Positions 12,631-24,600 of a stretch of 64,000 nt of DNA are shown piece by piece (position 1 is the stretch's first letter; every line of letters starts with the position of its first letter). The notes beneath the pieces are model-generated. The model did not search any database, was not told the origin of the DNA, and was given only the letters and a program-made list of their open reading frames with translations. The translations under genes were made by a program, and so were the position numbers. The stretch is from Phoronis australis (taxonomy: Eukaryota > Animalia > Phoronida): positions 421,006 to 485,005 of the forward strand of contig NMRA01000005.1 of NCBI GenBank assembly GCA_002633005.1. The letters run 5' to 3'.

Positions 12631-15600
12631 GTGAGTTCTTGTGGTCAATTATGATCCTTGTCTTTGTACTTGTTACTTGTGTTAGGGTGAGCAAACCAAT
12701 ATGGCGGAAATTCAGCAAGAGCGAAATTTTGCCATTTTTCATGATTTTCACAAGCTCATATCTATTAGCATACTAAGTGGTGGAAAATGAAAAGTATGCC
12801 AGTAAAATATTTAATTTTTCTTCTTTCTAATNTTGTTTCCGCCGCCTGACGTCACAAGCAAAATGCCGGTGGAAAATTTGGAAGAAGAAGGGTTAGCTAA
12901 GAACCCCAACTTGGAACTTGCCCAGTGGCGCTTTATGCTGGGAACACATGAAAATAAGAACAATGGGAAAATAAAGAGTGAATTGATGGAAGCAATCAAG
13001 ACTGACCGTGAGTTCTTGTGGTCAATTATGATCCTTGTCTTTGTACTTGTTACTTGTGTCCAAATTTGTCGAATCATTATCTCACTCTAACTCTCGTCTC
13101 ACTCTTTGTCTTTCGTTTTGACGGTCGTGATGTAGTTGGGGTTGGGTTGGTTGCCCTCTAGTGTAATCTCATAACTGATAAGTATCACCGTGAGCTGGCA
13201 ATAACTTGTGAGTGTGAGAGACAATATTGTTTTGAGTTAAACAATGTGTGACGATTGTGACGGGTCGTTAGTAACGCTTATAGTAATGTCTTTGTTGCGT
13301 CTCAGTGCGCTTTTGTCACGTGGACCGGCATGCGGGCGCGACTGTGTATGTGTCGGGCACTTCGCTAGCGACAGGCTTAGGATAGCGAGGACAGCATTTT
13401 TCAAAAATTTTTGAAAATGTGCATGTAATCTACATCACGAGAAAGCTCTCTACGAGACTAAAAGAACGGTGCAAAAAATTTTTAAATCGGACTTACGGTC
13501 CCGGAGAAAATGGTGTTTTTGTGTCTATTTTTTTGGTAAAAATTCTGTCAAATCAAATTTGTGAGTTTGAAATATTATGGTTACAAATCTACGTAACCTA
13601 GACAGACATGTTATACATCATTTAATAATTTGCAAAAAAGAACATTCCGATTGGACATTCCTGTGCGAAGATATTGACCTTAGAGTCAACAAAGCCGACG
13701 AAGGAAAGTCAGTACGTACAATTTTGTCGTTTCAAATTGGCATAGAATAACAATTACTCAAGAAAAAAATAAGCTAGTATCATTTCAAGATTTTTCATCA
13801 GGGAAGTTGTAATCTGATAATTGGTTGGGCAAATTACTGATATTATTTTGTGACTTTTTTGTTGACATGCAGTTTGTGACTGACTTAACTTTGTCAAAAT
13901 GCATTACTTTAAAAAAATTAAAGATAAACAACATCATTTCAAGTATGTATTGATGAAAAGTATGATAAACAAAAATTTTTAATACAAGCTTCATACAGTA
14001 GATAGAAATTAAACATACTTTCCACAACAATGTAACAAAATGTAGACCTCGTCTTGAGCCATGCAGGAAAGTTCATGCTATGCAAACGACAACTGCAATA
14101 TTTATTTCCAAAGTTGTCTTGATATGAACCCATAAAGGTATGTATGATGGACAGATAAATAAAGTTCTCAGGGCATCCTCAAGGAAGGAAGGTCAAACCC
14201 TTTCACTGACTATCGAAAGTCAGTGGAGTGCCTTACAGACTTATGGCATCCTCAAGGAAGGGGGCTGTTAAGTCAGTGGAATATACACAATATGGAGCAC
14301 TCCAGCACTTCGAGGTCCTCTTGACCGCCAAAATCGTCCATCACCCGAAAGGTGCGCACAGCCTCATCTTCATCGTAGTGGGTATTGAGCCAAACTCACT
14401 TGTTGACTGCAAGTAGAATCGGTAGAAGCAGGAAAGAAGAAGGATCTGGACCAAGAGCTAAAGGCAGAGTGATGAGACAGAAATGCGAGACATGATGATA
14501 TGTATTATAGTAAACTGACAAATAGGAATGAAATTATAAGAAAAAATGATGAAGAAAATAACAACTGGTTTGGTCCACAGCAATTTCCAACAAAGGTTAC
14601 CTGAAAGATATAAGCCAGGCTGAGATATATAACAATCTAGACGAACCTCTGAATTGTTTTGTAAAAACTAAATTCATGGTAGAAAAAATATTGATAGCAT
14701 GTATAGTTTTTCATGGTAGTAAACATAAAGTTTTGGTTGAAAACACAGCACTGGAGTAGAAATACACAGTTGTAATATTTGTTTACTCTAAAATTAAAAT
14801 GTTTTCATTTTCTATCTTGACATATGCTGGCTAAACTGTCTTGGCCAGTATGGGTGGTCCTGTCTGGCAACAAGTCAGGTCTTAGTGGCCTGACCTACAA
14901 AAATGTGAGGCAAAAATAGGAAAAAAGAACCTTAAATGAGAGAATCATTGTTCTCACAACGACAAATTACTTTTTGGGTCTCTTTTACATTAACTTTTCA
15001 ACAGGAAAAGTTGAAATGCTTTAGTTTGGGAACCAAAAATTCGCCGCGGTTCGAAGGAGCACCCCTAGCAGCAGTACCCGGAACTAAGAAGTGAGTCAGA
15101 AATACGCCCGATTGTCAGAAATCGACGAAGGGCCCGTTTGCAACAAGTGTTTGAAATAGTTCAATAATGAACCCTTTAGTGCGCAATAGGATTCATTATG
15201 TGCGCAAATTAGGAAATGTACCAATTAATTCAGGTCAAAGTTGAAGGTCGCGGGAACTGGCAACTTTTTCAACTTTTAAGTCATCGAAAGTGAAAAATAC
15301 TTACGTAATAACGTGCGCAAGGGTTTCTTCTACAAGTTCACGAAGTTTCACGCCAAAATTCGAGAGTTTAGTCTTCTCCTGAGTTGAAAAACAAATACCA
15401 GTTGTTTTTACCGGCGGCCATTTTGCTTTGAAATGTCGGTCACGTCGCTGCAAAAAACTCGTGCAAAGTGTTATTAAACGTATTTTGCGACGAAAAAAAC
15501 TAACATTTCAGTAAAATAATGTCTTATTTCATACTTTGAAGTAATTTTTATTCACATTTATTGCATTTAGTGCTTTTTTGCCGATTGTAATGTGCAAATT

Positions 15601-18600
15601 TTACACGGTGACAGATACGCGAAGCGATTTGGTGACGTATGTTGTCGTCGCTACTTAGGAGAAGGTAGGCAATGACCATCGCCTCTGTTGGCCCGAACCA
15701 GAGGCTATAGGCGCTCTGTAAACACGTTGACGACCTGCTAAGGTGTTCCTCTATGCGCAAAAGGTATTTATAACAACGTGACTTTGATGGTTTAGTCGGT
15801 GCGATGCATAATTCGCCGAAAAGCTTCTGGCGTACAGAGCGCCTATAGCCTCTGCATCGCCTCTGGTTAGGGCCAACAGAGGCGATGGTCATTGCCTAAG
15901 GAGAAGGGTGTTTCCTTCTTTTGCCTTCATGAAAAGTGATCGTTATCATGTGTAACTGAACTGAAATGTATGCCTGATGAGTTGAAATACTCATTTTTGA
16001 TGTTATCGGTCCCTGATTTAAAGAACCAGTTTTTATCCACTAAGTAATGGGCCCATTATTCAGTGATTGCCTGGCTCTCTAAATCAGGGAGCGCTAAATC
16101 CGACCCGTGTCCATTAAAAATACTCTCGTATTGTCTGTGAATTAAGTTGTCTGATTGTGTCCGATTCTTTTGTGTTTATGGAACTACGACTGTCACATAT
16201 ATCTGCTGTGTGTCTGATTGGATGCTGGTATGAGGTCGTGGACAGTCTGCAATGCTACATTGTCAATGTCGTATGGTAAACATAACAGTTTGAAGTTGGA
16301 AGAAAGCAGGCCTTTGCGACAAGAATTTCTTGGGAGCCCTCGTACGATGAACGTAGAGGACTTTAAATTTCAATTCCCAAAAGCGACTCAAGAATGACTA
16401 CTGAAGTCATTTATTAAATGTATTCTAACAATAATGACAGAGTACTTCTCTGGGAGCCAGAAAAACTTGATCTGGCACAGAATGTCACCACTTTTAGAGA
16501 TAAGGGTCAATCGAGATAAGAGTGAAGCGTGTGAAAAGCACTGAACTAGCCATTGGGCTCCATAGGTGACACTTGCGTTCAGGTTTCACATTAAGGGTGA
16601 ATGGTGCCCAAGCAGATGCCACTTGTAGTGTAGATCTCAAATGTATGATGATAAGGACCAAGTAGACAAACAGATGCCACTTGTAGTGTAGATCTCAAAT
16701 GTATGATGATGAGGACCAAGTAGCCAAGCAGATGCCACTTGTTGTGTAGATCTCAAATGTATGATGATGAGGACCAAGTAGCCAAACGTAACTGCAAACC
16801 AGCAAATATTAAAAAACAAATCATAAACATTAAAACAAACATTTTTATTCAGAAATGGCACCATTCTATGAAGAGGTGTGTTGCGAGCTGAAGTGGCCTG
16901 TTGACCAAACACTATTAGACAGGATGAAGGCTGAGAATAGTGCAGAGTTGAAGAAACTGGACGAAGCTATCGAGGATGCTGAGAAGAATCAGGGCGAGAT
17001 GGAAGTGAGAGATGCCATGCTGAAGAAGGCAGAATACTTGAGTAAAATTGGTGACAAGGTAACTTGTGAGGAGCAATATGTGTGCTGCATCAGACACAGT
17101 GTCTGGTCATCAAGCTGTATATGTGGAGTGCATTATGTGTGCTGCATCAGACACAGTGTCTGGTCATCAAGCTGTATATGTGGGGACCATTATGTGAGTT
17201 GCTTTACACATAGTGTCTGCGTATGACACTGTATTGGGGGTTTCAAGGACACGTGGGCCACTGTAAGACTCAAATATTTAAGTCTGCCTGACAGTGAGGT
17301 TGAAACAGTTCACAACAGCCAGGCAGACCAGTCTCCTACTTTTCATGGTGAACTTATGAATAGCCACTGGCCACTGGACTACCTAGTGGTTCAAAATCAC
17401 TGGCACTGTTTAAAACCTTTCTTGAACAGCAACACCTGAAAATTTGGTTCATACAGAAATAAGAGCATCACTCTGAGCCCACTAATGCCATAAAGTGCCA
17501 AATGTAACGAACTGTTAGCAGTATTGACTTGCTTTTGTCTACGTCACCGCAAGAATAACCTTTTAATTCAAACAGCTGCGAATAACACCTGCACGCAATC
17601 GTGTTTTATTCTGTTCCTTACTCAATATAACTGTTATCTGCCTTTTATGTTTGTTGTGGGATCTCGCAGTGATGCAATATGGCATGAAAAGGCAGCTTCA
17701 CCTTTCATTTGACGGGCCTACATTTGCGTGATTAAACTTGTGTTTCCTTATTTTGTGTAGGCTTTGCTAGGTTTACCTGGTTAGCTCAATACATCTAAAA
17801 TAACAAAGTTCTGCTGTAGTTGGCTGTAAGAGGAAAGTTATCTTTTTAAGGTGTTTATTTGTCTATTTGACTCATTTTTATGCGCCCACATATTTATATG
17901 TGGACGCATTATGCCGTCATCTCTGTCCGTCCGTCCGGGCGGCGTCCGTCCGGCGTCTGGCGTCCGCTGCTCTATCTCCAAAACCCTTTGACATACGTTC
18001 ATGAAATTTGGCACATATGTTCCATTCATGAATGGGACGGCATGTGCGAACTTTCGGACGGATCCAACTACCGGTGTGCCCCCTAGTGGCAATTTTAGTT
18101 TTTTACGCTTACCTTTGTATCTTCAAAAGTCCTGAACGGATTTTCATGAAATTTGGTATGTAGGCACCTAGTAGTGAGATGACGCTATCCTGCCGTTTTT
18201 GGATGGATTCGACATAGTTTGCGGCACCTAGTGGCCATTTTTANNNNNNNNNNNNNNNNNNNNNNNNNNNNNNNNNNNNNNNNNNNNNNNNNNNNNNNNN
18301 NNNNNNNNNNNNNNNNNNNNNNNNNNNNNNNNNNNNNNNNNNNNNNNNNNNNNNNNNNNNNNNNNNNNNNNNNNNNNNNNNNNNNNNNNNNNNNNNNNNN
18401 NNNNNNNNNNNNNNNNNNNNNNNNNNNNNNNNNNNNNNNNNNNNNNNNNNNNNNNNNNNNNNNNNNNNNNNNNNNNNNNNNNNNNNNNNNNNNNNNNNNN
18501 NNNNNNNNNNNNNNNNNNNNNNNNNNNNNNNNNNNNNNNNNNNNNNNNNNNNNNNNNNNNNNNNNNNNNNNNNNNNNNNNNNNNNNNNNNNNNNNNNNNN

Positions 18601-21600
18601 NNNNNNNNNNNNNNNNNNNNNNNNNNNNNNNNNNNNNNNNNNNNNNNNNNNNNNNNNNNNNNNNNNNNNNNNNNNNNNNNNNNNNNNNNNNNNNNNNNNN
18701 NNNNNNNNNNNNNNNNNNNNNNNNNNNNNNNNNNNNNNNNNNNNNNNNNNNNNNNNNNNNNNNNNNNNNNNNNNNNNNNNNNNNNNNNNNNNNNNNNNNN
18801 NNNNNNNNNNNNNNNNNNNNNNNNNNNNNNNNNNNNNNNNNNNNNNNNNNNNNNNAGTAGAAATTTGTTTCTGGCATTCTAATGCTGTGCTAATCTCGTA
18901 TGTTGGTAAATTTGTTTTTAATTCTATGTTTCTGTGGTGCTTTAAGCAACTGGTGTATAGGATGTGCTTGTATTATGAAGATTACTCAGATTTTGCCCCT
19001 AGCCTATGGAGGAGACAATGACCATGCCTTTCCATTTTGCAAAGTATGCCCTCTACTGGCCACTTTATGGTACCAACAAACAACCCTAGAAGGATACCGT
19101 ATGCGGTGCAATTGTGGGCGCATTTCAACGCTCCGCGTTGCTCTTGTCATAGTGTAGAATGCATTTTGAACTATCTTTTATCAAAATCAAACTAATTATA
19201 ATTCCTGAAAACTGGAATTGTGGCACAGTAAACAAGTTCCAAAAATGTCCACCAGTCTGACCAAGTTGCGTTCTCTTGCATTTCCATTGTGTAACTGTGT
19301 TAATGGCGGAGACGTCCATCAACTTGTATACAGCTCGCAGCATGATACAAACCTTGTCGGTAGTATTTAAATAATAAATGTGACAAATCACAGGAAATCT
19401 AACAACTTTTCTTTAGAATTAGGTGGTTGATAGAGTGACATCTGTTGCCACTCACCAGTACTCTGTTGGAGTTCAATAAAAAGTAGCAGTTTGAAAGTTA
19501 TTCAGAACATAGAGGGCGCTTATTATAACCCAAGGCCGTTGAAACCCGGTCTCCGAAACGGATGAAATCGGAAGCTAAAATTCATTATATTTACGCTCTG
19601 TAATGTATCTGTAATCTATGAAAGACTTTCTACAAAACCGTGGTGCATTGCGATCATTTTACAGAAAATTGTGCTGAAATCCCTGGGCAAAAACTGGCCG
19701 ACTGCCTGCCTCGCAATCGTCGATATGGCGACTTGAATGCTTGAATAAAAATACAGTTTCGACTCAAACAAATTACCTGAAATCCTCCTTAAGTTCTCCA
19801 AATTTGGCATGCCTAAGATTTTTAAGTTCCCGTGGAGTCTGGATCACGGTAGGTTTAAGTACAAATCTGTGCTGATATTGTGCCATCTACATGTATGATT
19901 TGCAACATGAGAAAAATGTCTGGTCGAACACACATGTTGTTGTCACGTGATGTTTGTTTTGAAGTTGTCTGCGTTTGTGAGTAAGCGAGCGCGTGCGTGT
20001 CACCAGAGTTCATTTGCCAGAGCAGAGACCGTCTTGTGGCCAGAACCACGCAATCTAACGAACTATTGTGCACTGTTTCTAAAGAAATGTGCACAAGCAG
20101 TAGGCCTAAACCAGAGCGTGTTTCATTCAGCACTTTCCGGTCTCATGTGCTAAAAACTTCGACATTTGTCTCGGTAAGGTCATATTAGTCGCCGTGTGGC
20201 GGGATGCGTACGTGACTATCTGACAGTTATTTTTCGGTGTAAGGGTGTGTAAGCATTCACTGTCAGTGGTTATTTTATTGGATATTTGGCTTAAAAACAC
20301 TAATTATGGTTAATCAAACAATTCATTTTAAAAATAACGCATGCATTTTTTATAGTAAGAGAAACTTTCAGAAATTAGTGCCAATATTCATTTCTTGCGG
20401 ATGCTATGCTACCCGTTTCATGAATGGATAGTTCCCGACTAATGCCTTTAATGACAGGTTCATGTATGTAGCGCGCGCTTCCTGGCCACGTGCTTTTAAC
20501 ACTGGCCAAGCTGTTTATTAGTCTTCGATTCACGGTATTCACATGTAGGCCTACAAAGAAATTTGGATTCCAGTTGAAAGCGGGAAATATCTACAAAGCA
20601 ATCCGGTAGACAAATACACTACTTCTGTTCTGAAAGGCCAGACCATTGGTCCTCGCAATATCAGCAGAACTTTTGTGTTTGTTTTGAGGCATGGCGGAAG
20701 TTTGAAGTGTACAGTCATGGCTAAATACTGACATAACAGCAAGGCTCGTGGTCTACAAAATTTTGCGCACAATGATTTTTTTCAGGACTGTCAGATATTA
20801 TTGATAAATTGAAGACGTTACTGAAGAATTTTAGGACTGTAGGTAAGGCATTTTTCGCATGTACACGTTCATGGACTGGGCGCTTATTTTAGCAAAGTCT
20901 GAAAACGCGTGGGGGGTGCTTATAGGGGCATGGACGGTTATTATGACAAATACGGTAATACTTTACTTGTTTCAAAGCCATGCAGCAAGTTTACTTGTTA
21001 ATAATTGTTTCACGTTTTCTTCATTTACAGGAAGCCTGCCTGGCACAGTTCCGTATTACTGCCGACAAAACACAAACATCAGGTTATAAATTGGATATCA
21101 TATTCCACTTAATACGACTGGGCTTGTTCTACATGGACCATGATCTCATCACAAGGAATCTTGAGAAAGCACAAACGTAGGTGGCCCATATACATTAGAT
21201 GTGCTAGTCTTTGGCAGGGACTGACACACTGACGTCATCACTCAAAGCATATCACACAGGAATGTGTAAACCACTTCTACTGCAACTTTGATTTTAACAT
21301 GTGAAGTAGACACAGTGGTGCCACCTCATCTGGAAGATTACTAATAACGCCCATCAAAAATGAAAGATAATTGTCAGTTTTCATGGTATATCTCAAATTT
21401 ATAGATTCAGTTACGCATGGGAACAATCACTTGGGAATCGATATTACTGTTCATCTACAGAATGGGTGAAAAGTAACTAAAAATTAAAATTTCTAGTATA
21501 TCATCCATGAAGTTGTGATAAATAGACAACACTAATTAGATTTCTTATTTTTTAGATTGTAGATGGGATATATTTGGTGTTATCAATGGTAAAATATTTA

Positions 21601-24600
21601 AGATGGCCGGTCACGTGACTGGAGCCTCACATTGCATAGTGTCATTGACAGGAGGCACTGAAGGGTCGCTGAACAGAAGTGTGTCTCTTACTGGCCACAG
21701 AGTTGAACTCAGGGCGTCATCACTGTGAATGTAATACTTCCCCCCCACATTTGTATAATAAGTAGTATTTGTTTCTAGGCCTCTATTCACCCTTCATGTG
21801 TTGAGCGTTTCACTATCTTTTTTCAGGCTTATAGAAGAAGGTGGTGACTGGGACCGACGTAACAGATTAAAAGTTTACCGAGGGGTCTACTCCATGTCAA
21901 TACGCGAGTTCAAGAAAGCAGCCAACCTCTTCCTGGAGACTGTGGCAACGTTCACATCGTATGAACTTATGGATTACAGGACGTTTGTCACGTATACTGT
22001 CCTGTGTAGTATGATAGCCCTGGAGCGACCAATGCTTAGGGAAAAGGTGAGATGTGTGGTTAGATGATGAATAGTCTGTGCAGTATGAATAGCCCTGGAG
22101 CGACCCATGCTTAGGGAAAAGATGAGATGTGTGGTTAGATGGTGGGTGATGGCAGGTGTTGGTACAACGGTAAAATTCCTATAGTTTGATATTCATATGC
22201 CGGATAGGGCTGAAGTCTGAAGTAGGTCTTCTGTACTGTTGTGCACTTGTGCCTTTATGCCTACCTGGGGATTTAGCGAACTAGAGGTGTTCAATTCACT
22301 TAAGCCACCTAGCATCCAAATGGAACCGTAGGGTGGTCTTTTGAGGCAAGTGGTGGCTTGGGCTCTTGGAATCTGGTATTGCATCCCACACCATATTCGT
22401 TCTCCAATAGCTTTAAGGTGTGTTCACGGTTTCGCAGTGTTGGCTGTTTGAAAAAGGTGGTTATGCATTTGCTGACAAATGGTAGTTTTTGAAATATTTG
22501 ATGATGTCTCGCTCTCTACATGCCAAGCCTCTTGAAGGATCACTTTTGTTAAAGTTGCCTAGAGTGTTCCTATCACAAGGAAAGCACCTCCCAGTTTTGG
22601 ACAGTTCCAACCTCACCTTTGGTACTGCCCTATTGACTATTTGTCTGTTTTTGTCGTCAGCCTCTTTATTTGCCGAACCACTTGAAAAATCATGCAATTT
22701 GGCAGGTGTGCTTGTTTTGAGGATTGCGTGGCTATTTTCACTCTGTTGTCAATATAATAATAACCACCTCCGCATCAGTGCAGTTTTTGATGCTCACAGT
22801 GGGTACATATTAACATGTTGCCTTGCTCTTGTCTTCAGTTTGGTACGTCAGTATTAGTTAGTTAGCAAAAAATAAACATTTTATGAAAAAATGACTGTCA
22901 AAACACTGCAGCCACTCTACCTGTTGAACATTATCTTAATTCAAGTAAAGCCTTGGAATGGGTCGTATGTATATGAACTGTGTGTCAAGTCAATAAAGGC
23001 TGCAGCTGCTCCACCTGTAGTATATTATCATGTTAACCACCATAACCAAATATTACCAGAGCCATCAGTCTCCATTCAAGTTCATTTGATCTGTGTTACA
23101 ATGTACCAGATGGTGAAAGGCTGCAGCTACTCCACCTGGTGTTCAGTATGTTAACCACCACAGCCCTATGTTGTCCATTCATGTTTATGTGACCTAACTG
23201 TGTTAGTATGTACCAGGTGGTGAAAGGCTGCAGCTACACCACCTGTTGTATATTTTGTTAACCATCATAGCCCTGCCTTGTCCATTCATGTTTATGTGAT
23301 CTAACTGTGTTATTACAGGTGGTGAAAGGCTCCGAAATCCTAGAGGTTCTCCATGAACTGCCAGACGTACGCGGATTCCTCTTCTCACTCTATAATGGTC
23401 ACTATGGAGAATTCTTCAAGTGCCTAAGTAACTCATCATTTCTTAACCATCAGTTGTAAATAGTCGCCATGTGCTAAGATGCATCTCTTGATTCCACCTC
23501 TATTTGTTCCCTTAGTGGTATCAGGGTTGAACTATAGCCAAGCGTGCCAATGCAGAAATCAATGCTTATTCTAAACATGATTGTCTTCTTCAGTTTAATG
23601 CAATTCCTGCAAGTCTCAGGGATGTTTACATGTTTTTCAGTGGAAGCTTTCAGTGTTTCTATAGTTCATGTAAAAGGACTGGTGTATTTATCTGCTCTGA
23701 ACTATGCTAATTTATAGTAGGAGCTTAACGACAATGCTATTTTAACACAAGCTATGCTAAACAAAGTGCAGATGTATTCATTGACCTTTGCGCTAATGAC
23801 GTACCTTGTGGGCTCACATAGCCTGCATCATGCATTGTTATTCCCACACGTCACGATACTTACTGGACACGGTTCAGTGATTTGCAGCGGAGCATTTTCA
23901 CCACAAAACTGATCCTTAAAAACCCTTGTCAACTTTTAAACTGCTTCATATTTACATGGTCGTTATATGTTGAGTTTCTAAATAATTTGACCAAGCAATC
24001 ATGGAGACGAGTTATTAGCCTGCAAGTTACACTGTTGGGTTCAGTTTTTACAAACCCACAGAAGCATACACAGTTAAATTGCCAATTCTTTTCATAAAAT
24101 CAATGTTTTTTCTACCGACCACAGTTCACGTGGAAAGTGTTATGAAGACTGATCGACTTCTGAAGGACCATTACCGTTACTACGTGAGAGAGATGAGGAT
24201 ACAGGCCTACACACAACTACTTCAGTCTTACCAGAGCCTCACTTTAGATTATATGGCCAAGGCATTTGGGGTGACCAAGGAGTATATTGACATGTGAGTG
24301 GGCAGCCAGCACTGACATGCAGTCCGAGAGTCATAATCACCAATATCATTCATATCATGTCAAGCAACCAGAAGGATGCTGTCTTTAGATCTGGGCAGTA
24401 AGGTTATGAATCAGTTTGCGAGTGAAGGTGTTCAGAAGGGACCTAGTATTAAACGTCTGAGTGAGAACAGTTGTTTGAGTTCAAAGTAATAGGGGAACAC
24501 CAGTTAGCTGTGTCTGGGCCCATGACCACACAAGATTCGACTCGAAAATTGGCGAACGGCATGTCATGCTTCGAGTAAGATTTCCAATTTCATGTAGTGT

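Noticed and set aside
12833-13090. Second PSMD6 gene or a true alternative first exon
   Set aside because: Identical to the first copy and starts exactly at a single-N join; an artefact is more likely
18185-18877. ORFs of 213-230 aa
   Set aside because: Made almost entirely of N (assembly gap)
19095-20957. Tc1/pogo-type element bounded by TACCGTA...TACGGTA
   Set aside because: The ends match for only about 8 bp, so a single element cannot be supported
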